NCBI GenBank assembly: GCA_040954595.2
Contig: CM082593.2
Coordinates: forward strand, 5,411,434-5,475,433
Reading direction: 5' to 3'
Length of the DNA stretch: 64,000 bases
DNA from: Balanoglossus misakiensis
Taxonomy: Eukaryota > Animalia > Hemichordata
Shown here: piece by piece, positions 13,201 to 34,720 of the stretch
How positions within the stretch are numbered: position 1 is the first letter of the stretch
Layout: every line of letters starts with the position of its first letter
Notes under the pieces: model-generated
The model's database searches: none
Seen by the model: the letters and a program-made list of their open reading frames with translations, nothing else
What the model was told of the DNA's origin: nothing
Position numbers and translations under genes: made by a program

Positions 13201-16200
13201 ATCCCGGCGTACCTGTCGCATTGGTGAAAATTGCATTTGCATGTTATTACCAGCATATGTAGTTTTGCATATTCACACAGTATTACCACCCGTCACCGAC
13301 TCCGACCCGCTTTTACGGTCGTTAGGGAGTTGAATGAGCGAGCCCCCCGTACAATATGTGCATAACTAGACGCCGAGCAAAGTTTCTGAAACGGCGCTGC
13401 CAGCAGTGATATTTCTTAATGAAGTTGTCAGTTTTATGTCAGAGCGGGGATATTAGTCAGCGGGACTCCCGGGTCGTTGGCCGGCCTCGCCGGGAGATGT
13501 CGGTTTTCTCAATCATTATCAGCGGCCCGCAGACCACTACGCGGGGATCGATTGCCGGCAGCGGTTAGGTCACGTGTGTGCAACACTGGATAGAAAAGTT
13601 TCTCTATGATAAACTGAGTCATATTGTCGGTGCCTTTTTAACACCACCAGCTTCACTTAACGCCGCCAAACACGGTCCATTTTTGTGGTTGGGGTCAGTG
13701 TACTCCACTGACAACACGATCACTTGAGGGACATTCAAAAATAGCGTTTGAATACCGGCCATGGTGACCGACTTGCACACAGCATGAAGCGACGTGCCTT
13801 TCTGGATATTAAAACCACACACACGATAGACAGATTGCCAGCAACTGGTCGAATCGACCTTCATGACAAAACGACAGTATCTACAACGCTTGACTTCAAT
13901 TAATCAGGAACCTCACACGTAAACGAACAAAATAAACACGAATTTTCGCATTCATTATATTTAATGAATAATGAATGCCAATCAAACAGAACGGACAGTG
14001 TAGTTTATGCGAACGTAAAAACTGCCACTCTTGGGTCATATGATCCATATGCATAATATTTCTAGAGTCCTTCACCCTGTTTACTTTTGTTATTTTAGCA
14101 TCTTGCACGAAACGATAAGTCACTGTCACTCAAGATAAGAACGGTATGAAAAATTGATGTCACTTTGAGCTGATAAAAGGCACCCCGGAGAGATGTCAGT
14201 AAATTATTGATCACATTTTCAGCAAAATGTACGTGTCACACAAAAGGTAATTTTTGCATTAACGTCGCACTGGGCTACTCTACCTAAGATTGCGAAATAA
14301 GGCACCGAACTACAGCAATACGCGCCTACGGCAGTATGAACTGTGTTTGCCTGTTTGAGTGCTATTGAGTATAGAGACTGCGCACAGCAGACTTACTTCC
14401 ACAAAAAGTTACATGAGTTGCTGTCATGCCCAGTTTATGCAAAAACTATGCGCATAAAAAGCTCGCGCAGCGTTGGAAATTCAGCGGATACTGGGACCTC
14501 TCTGTTACATTCCTGAAGGCAGTGCTGTTTTTCATCAGGTGTAATTAACAGTGTTCCCAAATTCACCGTTAAATAATTTATGACAATATGTCATCACTGA
14601 AACATTCAGGCTTAATATAACAGGTGGTAGCTTTGTGTTCGGGGGGCTATCTTCTCTGAGGACTAACAGAATGGCTGGCGAAGGTCTGAAACCGAATTTG
14701 CTTCCGATGACACAGGGGGCGCCCTCGAGGGCGAAAGCCATCTGGTGAATTAACTGCGCATGCCTCGGTGATTCATGGAGTATCCCTGCAGGACGTGAAT
14801 ACCTTTCCAGGAGTTGTCAGTAATTGATGAGGGTGGGTCAAAGCAGACTGTCGGGGGATTTGTACAGCTCTAAAGGTAGAATATGCACACACACATATTT
14901 GTCAGACCGACCAAACATCTAAAACACGATTCAGGGCGGGCTGCGCTGTTATTATAGATTTTTATACAAGAATTAACCCTTCAGATGATAAACGATGTTT
15001 TGAAGGAGCCGGAAGGTTAAAGCGTATTTATTGTCCTTTGACAGTACTGTGAATGTTTTTTTGTTCCGCTTGGTAAGTTTTTATAATGTTCGTCCGTTGA
15101 CTGAAGGCGTCAGTACATGTAAATCCCCAGATAAGTTGCACTCCAATGGAGATGGAGTATTTGACTTGTAAAGTGTTTGTCAGGTCATAATCCTCACATT
15201 TGTAGTGCTCGGGAAATTCGAGAACAATTCGACATGTTTCAGTGCGCAGATTACCATCAATAAACCATCATAAATAAACCTTCGTGTCCAAACTACAGAA
15301 CAGAAAACCCACACAGAGAGCCACACACAGTCTTACACGATGTTGTCCCTGAAATGAGATGACCCCTTTAGAACCGCGTCGGCGGGCACCCGTCATCAAA
15401 TGACGTACGCAGAAGGGACCTAGCGGCTGTTAAAGTCTCGCGAGAAGTCTGGGTCAAGTTTGCTGTCGGCCACGAACAACCACACAGCTTTATTTTGTTT
15501 TCAAATCTGACGTCAGCAATAAAATTATACGCACACATGTAAATTTTCGTAATTCGTCATGCAGTGTCAACATTTTACAAGTGTCACTCCAGTGCAACTA
15601 CAAACTTGAAATTAATGACACTTGAGATGATCTAATTTTAGAGTTCAATCATTTAAAAGTAATAGAGGCAATCGCGTCTGACATATTTTGTTTAGTATTT
15701 ATGATCTGGTATCAATATTACATGTCAAATTTCTTAAATTGATAAGCTATAAATACATGTATTTGGGTGTTGATACTCGCTGAACAAGAACAAGAAGCTA
15801 TGTAACAGTTACTCCTCTTAACAAACGAACTGTTTTATAATAACAACCGCTGCAACTCTGCCACACAAGAAGGTATTTGCATAACTCATTAAACCCATAA
15901 TGAAACGTTCGCAAATGACTCTTGACAGTGGTAACTGCGTCAGTCAGTCCTGTAGAATTAATTAGCGTGGAAATGTATCACGCTATCAAGCCGAGGAGCT
16001 TGACGTCCGTACGCCTACAACTTACAAGCCGATTGAAACTGTCGGTAACAACATGAACAACACGACCTACATATTTCAGTATAACTTGTAAACAGATGTT
16101 CGGGGCGGGGGTACACAATTCGTGACGTCACGTCCAGGGCAATGATCCGAACACCAATCTTTATTACTGGTGTAAACACCTGTCTTTCTGATAAAGGGTA

Positions 16201-19011
16201 AACATTTCAAGTAACGGAGATGACTGAGTATTAATAAATGAGTGTGTATTAAACACAAACTGAGTTAAGAAAATTTTTCTCCTGTAGTCTTCTAAGTTAT
16301 AATGATGTAATGTCTTCAAAATTGTGAACAAATAACGAATTATGCCCTTAAACTTCAAAGTTCATTGATGCAAATCATTTCAATCAGACTTTACCCAAAT
16401 GGATACAGTGACTGGCTTTTACTGCAGGCGATTGGAATAAATTTCAAACGCTTCATTGAATCCAAAATTTATTAAAGTGCTTGGAGAACGCCCTAAACAA
16501 GTGTCGTAATCCCTTTCTTCTCCATTATACAACATTTCAGGACGTGTTTAGTTTTCAAACTCGATGGAAATGGCTGCTGTCTGCGATTCAAAATGGCGAC
16601 CTAACAACGCGTTGGCTACCTACTGGTGTATGACACAAAATTCTGTGGGCACAGTTCTGCCCTTGCCTTCACTGAACCAGTGGCGCGGCGTGCATCTTCA
16701 AGAGTGATGTTTTACGAATTGCGTCAGCAACGCAAGAGAGATTGAGCGACAGGGTCACCCAGCATGCATCTTGTTTTCAAATGGATGTAAACAAACGCAC
16801 TTGAACAACACCACTGTCAATTGACGCGCCCACTGTGGCCTCCTTCTCGCAGGCCTGTTTCATCGGCCCACAAAAACACTTTTACTAATGAAACTTGCCG
16901 CGCATGACCGTGTGAAGGATCTGGACAGGATTCGCTCCAGTTGGTGACGACCTCAAAAAGTATGACCCGAATGTTCTCACCTTATACGATTATTTCTTTA
17001 TAAAATGTCATGTAATATCGGTGTGACGCATGCTCGCTAATTAGCCCTAATTAGTCGTTTTATATAAAACTTGCATTTTGGTTCCTTTGTTTCCATGAGG
17101 CGTTGTGCGTTATTCATTCATCGTTTTGCAAGCCCCCTTCCCATAGAACATCCTCTATTTTTATCCCACTTCCTTCACCATTAAGGTATAGTAGTTCATG
17201 GTCATTTTCAGGGAGCATGCGTGTGCTTCCCAAAGATCGCTGAAGCTTTCACGTTCACTTGATGGGCATATTTTTGAAGATCACCCGAGATACAACTGGC
17301 ACATCCAAATTTATCCACAAATTTCAGCATTGCATAACCTTAATTTGAAACTAAAAATCCTGCTAACACGATTACGTACAACAGCTGTGCGTCTATGTAA
17401 CAGAATATAATTAATATACTCACTTACTTCATTCCCGTAAACAAATTGAATATTTATATATAATCCCAACTGTACTGATGTTTAGGGTCTGATGAAATGT
17501 CCCGTTAACTGCACGACATGAACGCACATGTCTCCTGGCCTCTAACAGTGCTCACGTCACTATATTTAAAAACAAGTAAATATGTCTATTTTGAATTCGA
17601 ATGCCCGATGCAGTCCATATAGAACGAGCCGATAAAGGCAGGCAGATCGTATACCAGTAATTTGGCGCAACAATTAAGAGTGCCAACCAGCTTATATTGC
17701 AGGTGAATATTCTATTTTTACCCACTACATGGCGGCCATGTTAGTTTTCAGCCGTGGGTAACTCTCGCTAAGGCCTGTTGTGGAAAACTGACATATTTCA
17801 TCATTCCCATCTACACATATATGAATTTTTATGGGATGGTGACCTTGTAGCTGTAGCCAATTCGAGCGGGAACAGTTATCGTTCGGACAAGAGTACACAA
17901 TATCTGTAATTTGGTAAGTAGTCGAAATTTTGAAGTTCTGTTTATCAAAAATATGACCCAGTTGGTGTAATTCATACTCTAAAGAGACATAAGGGTTATG
18001 TTGCTCATTGTTTTCTGCGGATAAGCCAGACACTATTGTCTGATTCCATTATTATGATAATGATAAAGTCCTGGTCAACAAAGTCTGCATTAGATAACCA
18101 CCACAATCATTATTGTTACATGAAACAAGTTAATTCACGTTTTGCACTGGGTGATATGAAATCAACCGGAATGTCGCGCGAAGGCCAAAACTATAATAAT
18201 GTCTACAATATTGTCTCCATTGATCACGTACAGGACGGTATTAAACATGAAAGCTATATTATCACAGGCATCGACAATACAAATTTATCGGTCGCGATAA
18301 AATAAAACTACCTGCTGGTTCGAATTCGAAACATTTTTTGCTTACGCTTTGAGCAACAGGTGAAAAGTGCGAGGATACTATTGAAATAGTACACACACAG
18401 TGATGTCACACAGTGTTGACAACGTCAGTTTTGGGTAGCACGGTATTAAGGTCGTATTCGTGACTGCTCTTCGTCCGAGTGGGTGTATTCGACATTGAAC
18501 CCCGGGGACAGTATAATATAAACCAGTTATTTTACTTCAGTTGGGTTTTTTTTACATCGCAATGAAAAAGTATACTTCGTAAATGTCATGATGCCTCGGG
18601 ATGTACCACCTGATCATGCGCATTCTACACTACATACAAAACGTCACTTGCGTACTGATGACGTGCCCGGTGTACCGTAGCTTGGTGTCGATTCAGCCGG
18701 AATGAAATTTTAAACTGGTTTTACAGAGCATTTAATGCATTGGAGAGGTCGGAAATTGAATATTATATAACTGTCAGTGTGAATGAAAAATTAATAGAGT
18801 ACCTTTACATTTGGGCGATTACGTATACACAAATGTCGAATGAATCATTTTGCATTCTCTTTATTCCTGTCCGTAGAGCGTGGGGCGATTTTCCGTGGGT
18901 GACCTTCCGCCGAACAAAATGTGCGCTGGCGAAAATGTGCAGTATGCCGCATACCCCTGCCGTATGAGATAAGTGGGCGTATGGTGTCCGTTGAACGAGT
19001 TGACATTAAAG

Positions 19012-24209
<5,198 letters not shown>

Positions 24210-27200
24210 CCGCCAATGGTCGCAGAAGTGAGCATGTTTTAGTTTAATCAAGGGAAAATCTCGGTCTGGTTAAACACCCAAGTAGACAGTTCACTATTAA
24301 GAGTGTTCTTGTTTTGCTTTCTTTTGTTTTGTTTTACAGACAGTGTACAATACCAAGAATCCTTCCATTCACTCTACGAGAAATGACGATATCTCACTCA
24401 GAGACGAGAGGAAGCACGTCAAACCGGAAGCAGACGACAGGCATTTTCCAAAGCGAGGCAAAGAGGACGCCATACTTCTGGTGGAAATGAGCAGTGATGC
24501 AACTCCATCAACAAGTGGCCTCACTAACAGTTACTCTTTCGTGTCAGAGGAGGAAGTATAGAACCTTCAATCGCGATGGAAACTATTCGATCAACAAAGA
24601 CAAATGGTTCTCCAGGTCGATTTGACTTCGCGATTTGAACGGCGCATGTCTGTTGCACCAATGTACTCTGACAAAACAAGTCAAACACGATCCCTCCAAA
24701 AGACCACGATTCAGACATTAGAGACAGCCACATTACAACATTACAGTACGTCATTAAGACAAATATGGCACCGGCGGCCATGTGGGGGCCTCGTATTAGC
24801 TATCTTTCGTGATTCCCTGGTTGCTTTCCCTAAAGTACAAAAACCTAATCATATTTTGTTATACCGGGAATTACTTTGTATATAAGGTCGTTTTATCGTA
24901 ATCTTGGTGGAATTTCTCCAGATATTTCTAATTTTATAAATATAATAAAATTTCTATTATCTTGTAAATACGTGTAATTTAATGTGTTATCGTTTTTCTA
25001 CGCTAGAGAAAGGTGTGTCTCGTATATCAAACGATTGGCGTCATCATTACCATAATTACAGGATGGTTGTCGAGAATTTAGTGAGGGTGGTCTCAATCAC
25101 CACCAGGTGCGTAGGCGCAGTAACTCCCAAATGAGTACCGCCGAAGCGCGTTTCCCGTGCAGAGAAAAAACACACTGCATATCATTAAAACATTCCACGG
25201 GGAATTTGTTTTCAGATTGAAACATTTCGCGCAGACAAGGGTGCCGGAGCCAGGCCTGTTCCAGAGATCGTTTACTAATCATTTTTATGCCGCACTAATA
25301 TCATCAAGAAATCCGCCATGCGCGGGCGGGTGGATAAGATTACCTCGCAAGTGCTCGACTTGCCCGCGACGAGGTTATACAAAAGGCGCCAACCGCTGTT
25401 GAGCGAACTTACCGCCATTATCGGCGAAGATTGAAAACACCCGAAGCCGTACGAATTTTCGCAAACCACCTCGTTAGGCGTACAATAGGATACATCGCTG
25501 TGTGTGCGGGCGGTTGGTAGGTAGCTATAGCAACAGTGATTAGACCCCGGATTTCTTTAATGGACCACAATTGGATGGACTGCGAACCCACAGACAATAA
25601 TAGTGTATCATCTCCAGTCGTTTAAAGTACGCGTTGAATACAGTAAATCGGTTAATACCTGGCTCTACAACAAATGAAACTTGTGGTACCGCTTCGTTTT
25701 GGATCTATATCTCCGCGTAGCTATACACGTGTGCCGGCAACAATGTATCATATTTCTCATTCTGTTCGAAGCCTGATTTGATGAAAAAAGATGAAGTGTG
25801 GGAAGGAGACAGAAAAACAGCGTTACCAAGGAGACGCATCCGTGATTGCAGAGAGGTTATTTCTGTGCCTTGCGAAGTCTTCAAATTGGAGGTATCTCGT
25901 GCGAAAAAAAAACAGTTATCCCCACAAACTGGGTGAACTCTTTGGGACAATTTTATCGTGATCCACTTCGTTTATCAGCAAGAATCTGGAGCTACAACCC
26001 CCACAACACATTTGTTTAAATCTAATTTTGATATCAGGAACTGGGAAAACAGATACGAGACTTATCTATCCAGAATTTAAAATTAAAATTAAAAATTAAA
26101 TAGCTCTATCACAAGTTATTGCTACTGCCCCCCCCCCCCCCCCACGTTGTTGCTCACAAGATCATATAGACAGACGATCAGTTTTCCAACCACGCGTGCT
26201 CATTTGCATTGAACTTTCTGATTCTTCTCACGTGACCCCTAAATGACGGTTTTACTGGTATTTATGGCGTGAACAGGAAGTGTCAGAACTTCTATCGTGC
26301 TAGTTGGGTCTGAAAACAAAGGCGGTGGATCGTCAAAAGATAATTAGCAATCAATTTCATGTATTTTGACGCAAGTTATTTCATGATTGTCGTGGATAAC
26401 TGTCCTCTTTACGGCAAGTGATTCACCTATACCTGGCATGTGTGCTGAGGCAGACGACTGAATGTCCAGGGAGGTTACAAGAGATTGTTTATATGGGCTT
26501 GCGTAGTGGCGCGGAATTAAAGCGTCTGGGGCGATTTCTTAGGCTTTACGCGTACTTTTGGAAGGCTGTATCTTACGCGGTTTCATAACGAAACGACTTT
26601 CTTGATCAATGATTCGTGAAAAGGAACGAGTTGTCCAAGACTGAAAGATCTAGATCTGTCTGATGTCAGCAATAAACGTGCGCGGATAGATGAAGTTCGG
26701 AAAATACACACTGGGCAGGTTGTCAGCCGGCCAGAGCCATGTTATGTGTTTCATCAGTGACAATGCTTCAATCCATGCCACGGAAAAGGGAGAACCTCAT
26801 ATATTTCCATTTACCTCAGTCTTGGCCGAATTAGGCCCAAGTCAGTCTCACCGGAAGACTAAAGACGATTTACTTCGGAAACTCTACACGGTCGGGTGAC
26901 GGTGGTTGAATACGAAAACCGCGACGACTGTGTCGCGGACAGAATATCAATGAAAGAAAGACGCGTATTTGAAGCAGACTTTTGATGTAAACGTTGGGGA
27001 CAAAGTGAAGTGTTTGTTCAAAGTGTTCTTTATACCTTCGGAGAAATTATCGATCAGTCAATCAATCAATCAACCAGCTATCCAAATACGAGTTTTAACA
27101 CAGCAAGGATATGGAAGCTTAAAATTTGGTGGATTTTCATGTTTCTGAAAATCTGTTCCCCAGGCGATTCTACCTTAAGAGATGAGAAATGTCAAGACGT

Positions 27201-30200
27201 TGAACCAGTTCGTGGAATTGGAGAATTTGCGAGTTCCTGACGGTCAATTGTTCCTCGTTATGGCTTTGTCGTTGCAGTGAAGTGAGAAGGGATAAGCTGG
27301 CGCAGAGTGCTTTCAATTGGTTGGAGGACCAACGCGCTCGAAATTCTCAGTCTACTGCACTAACTGATTGAGATCTTGAAGGATGACTTTAATATGGTAA
27401 TTCCGGGAGCCAAATATAGCTGAAGTGTTCTGACTGCGTTCAAAATGGTTATGCCCTTCGACGTAACAAAAATGACACTTTTATCTTGGTATAGCTCTCA
27501 TAAATTCTCAACAGTCGTTTGTTTGTTTGTTTGTTTCTTTCTTTCTTTCCTCCTTACAAGGTGATCGTTTTTCTTGATTTGTGAAATCGTGAGTAAAAAG
27601 AAAACGCAATATCAAAATGACAATGTGGAACACCACCCTGACTTTTTTGCCATACGTCATCATGGAATACGCGTGATAAGGGAAATCCGTCAATTATGCA
27701 ACCCGAAACGTATTCAAATCGAAATCAGGGGATGTTATAGGTGTATTCTAACGCCAATTTTTTGTAGTCTTGTACCGACATTCCCAAAACATTGAAGAAC
27801 AAACTTCCCAGCATGCACTGGTGAGACATCTTAGCAATTGCACCTGTAACCGAAGCTAGCTTTGGTGTGGTGACGTCACCGACAACGTGTCTTGTAAGAC
27901 GACCGGGTGAATTAATAGCCTTGCATATTGCTGTACGCCCCCAAATGTGCTCCTGTGATTTGGACAGTGTTGCAGATTTATCAGCTATCCTATGTTGTGA
28001 GATATATTCTCTTTAAAAGTATTCTCCGGAGGACTGTATACCATTTCGAGTTAGTTACAACTGTCTAGATTCAATCTTCAATTCAACTTTCAGCAGATAT
28101 TCCCCATAGCAGTGACGGGGACTTACAGCGAAATTCGCTCAGCGAAGAAGCCGCTGCATGATTCCCAAACGCCACTTGCGTTTTTCAACAAGGTTTAGAA
28201 TTTCAAATAAGCGGCTGACGCCTTTCTCCCAGACAAGACATGGAAACGCGTATTTCGAAAAACAAGCAACATTTTCGTTGTTTTCGACAAGTGCGTCAAA
28301 AATTCTAATTGCAGCTCTTGTGTGTCGATTTTTGTTAAATTTGAATAAAACATAATAGCTTATTAATTCCTCACAGTTAGATGACTTATGAACAAAACAT
28401 TATGATGCATTTAGCCTATACGTATTTCTTCTTCGTTCAGAATTGAGATTGACCATTGATCGCTAAAATATATTGACGGCAGAGAATCGAGGTTATTATA
28501 TGCGCGACATTTCGATCGTAGGTGGGATATGTGGGTGGCGGACTTAAGGGGTTATTGAAATCTCGTGCATTTCAAATTATACAACAACATTGAACCTCAA
28601 TTTGAATACGTGTCACTGGCGTCTATGTAGTTGGAATTGGGGCACGGTACATTATGACTGATGTGAGTGTGCCCTGAATCGCCGAACACGGATGCACATA
28701 CTTGTACAGTGTACTTGTAATGCACGCACGCACGCACACGCACGCGTAAATACATATGCCTACTACATGCGTAAAATGCCAGTCTAAAAACGTTCACCAT
28801 TGGTTTTTAAGTGTTTTAGCTGGAGAAATTCAACGTTGTCTCGCTCAGCTCAGAGCAGTGTTTGATCGGGTTGACAGACACGTTATTGTAAGCTTTGATA
28901 AGCACGACATACGCATCTGCTCGATGTACAATGCAAGCTGCCGCTGCTGGTCTTATTACTGAGATCCTTCAGAACATTAACAATACAACAAACCCTCGAC
29001 GGCTCACACGGTACATCACAACGTACTTTCAAGCCGCCTTGCAAGTAAATGGCGATTATTGCCCATGACGTCATCAACATGTTATTACAGAACAACAATT
29101 TAATTTACTTAGTGGCAGAGACGTTGATCGAGAGATTGCTGGCTGATTCCGCTCGACTTGAGAGATATTGGCGCTAGTACTGTTAACCTCGACTTTGGAC
29201 GTCATTATGGGTATTTACCAATATTCCTTTTGAAAGGTTTAAATGTGCTCCGGGATTTTCCTATCATGATGATGGTGCACTTTGATTAAAATCCTAGGCC
29301 ATGTTAAGCCGTTAAAAGTAATGTCAGCTAATATCCATAATACTATTATCACGATTTGAAAATTCTGGTCCACGCTAAACCCTTTAAAAGCAATATCTAC
29401 TGCAAAAACTTAATGGATGTTTTCTGAATTGCCAGTGGAATTATGGAAGTATACAACAATGCGCATCTCAAAACGTACTTTTTCACGAGAAATTCACTGA
29501 TTGAATGGAATTCCCCTCCCCATGGCAAATGTTTTAAATTTACATATTGCGTAATATTCACTGGCTTTCGGGGTCGCACGCAAACCTGAGTATATACGCG
29601 TTATATGCGCCTGTTGCTTGCGATTTACTAGTATATAACAGTTCTGCTTTTTGTTTTGTTGGAGCTTCCACCTCTGCTTTGAGAACGGGAGCAGGTGTGT
29701 TCTGTCACAGGGGAGTTAGCGCAACGCAATTGTTCACTTAAAGCGAAAATTGTGTTACCCGGTATCGAATAAATCGCGTTGAAGATGCGACTAAAGCTAC
29801 ATACAATCAAAGCTGCTCCATTTGGCGTGTTCTGATAGCTATAGTAGCTTCGCCTTTCCCTCTTGACTGCAGTATACCACCTTTTAAAAATAGACTTGTA
29901 CCCCCCGGGGCAGATATTCAAACGGAGATTTTTTTTCTGCGTGTGGTCATACGCAGGTACACCCCCGGGGACACTACGTGTGGTACAAAGGTGGGATAAT
30001 TCGCGACGTTAGTCAAATATGGGTTTAACATAGATGTTACATGATTTACGCGTGGTTACTGATTTGCATATAAATGCATGCTCATCTGCCGGAAGAAATA
30101 CGACTTCCTCGTGATAGGTCACTACTTCTTGCTTCAAGACATTGGGAACTTTTCAACAATGGGGAAAGTTTAATTTGAGTGTAGATGGATTACATGATTT

Positions 30201-31365
30201 GTCACTGTTGAAAAAATCAGATTTTTAAGGAAGACTTACAACCTCTGGTGAAGATGAACACGACTAAGCGGAACTTGACAAGAAATGGAACCTTAAGTGC
30301 CAATACCATGAATACAACACGTGGCAATGGAACCTTACAATACCGGGTTTATATTGATGAAAGAAGCCGGAAAAATATGTGTTCTACCTTCAAACAAATA
30401 CCTCAAATAATAAGCATATCTTTTTCCAGATTTGGGGGATCTGATATTTATAATACAAGATACGAACATTATTTCCAGAACAGTTTGGTATGATATTGAC
30501 TCTGGCCTGGTGCGCGCATGTCGCGGGATTTTTTGTGTAATCGATGCAACTTGTAAGTGTAATACGTAGACCTAAAGACACGACGGGCTCTGTCGAACGC
30601 AGGAGTCGAGTGTAATGAATATGTTCTCAGTGGTGGTATGCATACTATGTTGTTGGAGTACCACGAGGAAAATACTGTACGCGGGCGTGGAATTACCCAA
30701 TGATCGTTTTTAATTTGACACCTACAAGAAGGTAAAGAACGGGATAACACTAACCTCGCAAATTGTGCCGTCTCTTGGCCTGGTTCCGCTCTGTTTATCC
30801 CTCCTTCTCCTCTCCTTCTGGCGCTTGTTGCAAAAAAAGTCTTTCTTCTGCGCGGTTGGCTTCTCGACGTTCGTCGGCATCGACGGTGGACATCGGATTG
30901 AGAAAAAGATGCGGCGTATGCAACGAATGTAGTATACAACGCCCGGACTAGGCAGCGTGCTAGGGGGTACGGTTCGAACCACGCAAGCGCTCACAAAAAG
31001 ACACTAGCAATTACAGTAGAGACTGGTGGGCAGACGAGAAGATGGGATTGGGGAGACGCTTTTCATCGATTTTTTAGAAACGGACCTGATCAAGGATTTT
31101 GTTTTCACGCTTCTTTACCTGCGTAGTCTGATCAGCTATGGTTGGATAATGTTTTTCAGCGAGGCTAGCAGGAAATTGATAAGCGGAATCGAGGCGGATT
31201 GCTAGATCATAAATGGATTGTTGACAACACACTGGCAGATCATGACCACGTGTTCAACGTACTTTCTCTTTGTTGCTCAATTCAGTGACCCCATCTTGCA
31301 TTTTTCTTATCCCCCCACCCCCTTGAGGGCTTCTTGGCCATTACCTTTGCTCTAAAGGTTATTTA

Positions 31366-31530
<165 letters not shown>

Positions 31531-34500
31531 TGGACAGAAACGGATTCGATTGCGTGTGTTGTCGGTGACTGCTCTATATCGCCAATGACAGGTCATCTTT
31601 TCCACAAAATCAACGTAACTGCGGCAATTTGAACGATTATTTGGAAACGGTGGCTATAAATAGCCCTATAGTGCTGATTTCTGAGACCGTACAGCGAATC
31701 GCACTTTTCAAAATCATGCAAATTAGTGGTAATTATTCCAACCCTATACTAGATTGCCTAACATCACCATGCGTTATATCATTTCCTTCATACTTCCTTT
31801 CCGATTTTATTGTTTCTTTTAAAGTATTCCATATCCTGCATAGGTCACCTCCGCGGGAAAACACAGATGGGAAGAGTTGTATTCCTTTGTTGGATAACTC
31901 GACATTCCATCTAGAGTAAAGAGGCGTGACGTAATATAATTTCATGATTACCAAACAGTTCATGTTTAAGTTACAGTTTCTGTAACCTTTGATGTTAGGT
32001 CTGTGTATCGTCTCCAGAAAAAAAGCGAGCGGAAATATCAAGTAACAGACTTTTTTTAACAATATGTGTAATGTTTATCGAAAACTGAATTTAAGTCCGG
32101 GCTTAAATTGCTATACTAACGTACACTATCCGCGCCAGCTGTGGTGTTACAAATTATAGTTGATGGCGTAAATATCACGTCGTGATCCAACTGTTAAATA
32201 CGCTACAATGTGGAAAGTGCGTCATCGTGTGATTTACCTTAGACTGTCTGTTCAAGAGCCACTTGTTTTCTAATTAGTTCAGACCGAGTTTTCGAAAGGT
32301 CATCGTACACCATCTGTTACCGAGTTCTGCTGTCTTTTTTTACTTTCTAACGAACTAACTTTCATCGGTTGTTTTATATCATGTATTTCACGCCAATATA
32401 GTTTACTTGAACGGCAATAATTTTCAAAATTTTCTGTGACAGTTCCGATATGGCTAAAATCAACGTTCATGTTCCGCAGAACCCTCATCAGCTCAAAATA
32501 ACACGTTCAGTATTTCTTTTCCAAAGATAGCATATCGCACTTTAACATCACGAGTCGGCCATCCTACCAGTCGAAACGCGACTCTAATTTATTAAATTGG
32601 TACGTTTCTGTCAAAATGAGTGGAATAAGGGACTGTGAATTAATCCCGGTAAAAGCTTTTTTAAAGATTAATGCTGTCGTCATGCCTCGCGTGTTCTTAT
32701 CATTAAGCGTTTGACTTAATCAGTGAGTCTTTCTTGGAATTTACGCGGTGGTCATTGGTCATAAAAAAACTTATAGGGGGGGGGGCTTAAAAAAATTAAG
32801 TGGTAGATCTAGGACACACGCGGGTATAGTATGAAAATATACTGTATAATAACTTTCAAAATGTTAAGAGGAAACTTTTAAATAATGGCGGGGGAAGGGT
32901 TATAGTTTAAAACTGTCCTTGAACTTACTTCACGATGATCTGGTTCTTGTTGTTGCAACTTGAAACCATGAACGACAACCTCGGGAGTTTCGGATTTAAT
33001 TAGATCGCTCTTCAATAAGTATCGGCCATCGACCCAGCAGACCTCACTATAAGATAAAATATTAACACGAATAATATTAATACCGAGAGGAAAAGAAATA
33101 TTTGAAAAACATGAACGCCTTCAAGGAAGCACGTGACAGCCATCAATCCGGCACTATACATGTATTTTTTTTTTTTGATAACGCCTTTTCAAGGCAAGAG
33201 GATAATCTAGTTTTTCGAGTCCCCCCACCCACTTCAGTGTTTTCAACAGAATTATAACGAACTGCTAGTTGTTTCGGCCATTGTCAAAGACCTGTTGATC
33301 CGAGACGAGGGGCGGTAATTTGGGTCATAGCGTGGTACTTGGCATTTCAGAACAAGTACATACAATATGTTATCGTTGCGTCACACCTTGTCCAGTTCAA
33401 CACAGTTCCGTAACACCCAGAGAAAACAAAGTATCAAAACATCAGTTATACTGTATGGGGAATGAAGAAGCCTGGCCCAACTACTGTCAATCAACAATGG
33501 AAAGAATACTGGTATTTGTCATTGTTATCTTAAAGGCCCATATTTGGGCATTTCTATAAATGTAAACAATATAGACCTTTTGTCTGTGCACGGAAAAACA
33601 AAGTGGAGATGTGCATAGCACGTACCCCTTTGCGTTAACTTGACAACTAATGCAAAATATAGCCGAATACTAGTGCTGGATTTTTAGCACATCACAGGGA
33701 GTGGAACGTCAACAAGAAACCGTTGTAGATACACAACAAAGACAAACATTACATTGGTGGATCTGTGAGCAGCATCCTTGCCCTTTCAAACTACTTAAGA
33801 TTATTCGAGCACTGCATCTGCATCTCTTAAACTCTTCGCCAAGCAAGTTGTCGAAATCATTGCCTTTCAAATCTGTTCACACTCTATTGTCATCTTGTCG
33901 TCTAAGCAGAGAAACAAATGTAGTGGCAATATCAAAAAGAGGTCGGTCATTGGCCTAAGACTCGAACATTCCTACTTGTCATTTGCAACGAGATACGGCG
34001 TGACTTTGAAGAGGAGGTAATCCCAACGTCAACGTCACCCGTGACATTGCAAACTTGAAACTTTAAAGGTATAAAACATGGCGATGTACGCATGAAGTGC
34101 ACCGGAAGATAGCTCTACAATTTAACAGTATTCTCCTCAATTAACTGAAGGGGTCGTTAGTGGAGTGGACAATTCCTTCGACCTTCCAGTCGACGGACAG
34201 GAGACTGTGAAGGTCAGTGGTGCTATTGACCATCAGTTCTAAGTGCAGTCATGACCGCTTTTTGACTGAACATGTCAAAAAATCACGTTGGGATTCGGCA
34301 GTGACCGTGATGTAGTGCTGGCCATACTATCATTCAGATACTAGTATATCACGAGTTGAATTACAGGGGGCGCTCTTGCTAAAGAATAATGTGACGAATC
34401 CCGGCCCGACACTATTTCAACTGAAAATTGTGTATTTTTTGTGAAAATGATTGACCAAATAAAAATGAAAGCTTGCATGGCGTGTAAGAAGTTGATTTTC

Positions 34501-34720
34501 AAGATCCAGGAATGCTGTTTCAGCTAAGATGTTGCCCGCAGATTCTTTTCTAGTAAACGTGTAGGAACGAAGTAACAAACGTAATCTAGTATACCAGTAT
34601 GTGTACCTGAACGTTAAATTTATAGCATAATAGAACAGGATTTTCATGCGTAGAAAATAAACGTACTCTTTCAAAGTACTAAAACATGCATGAAAAAGAT
34701 TCTTTTGCATGTGAAGTTGA

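Noticed and set aside
17725-18033. 102-aa minus-strand ORF
   Set aside because: Non-ATG start, no recognisable domain and no partner exons.
24343-24561. Possible neuropeptide precursor (KR dibasic site)
   Set aside because: No signal-peptide exon and no repeated peptides; better explained as a terminal or UTR exon of the 4TM-ELMO gene.
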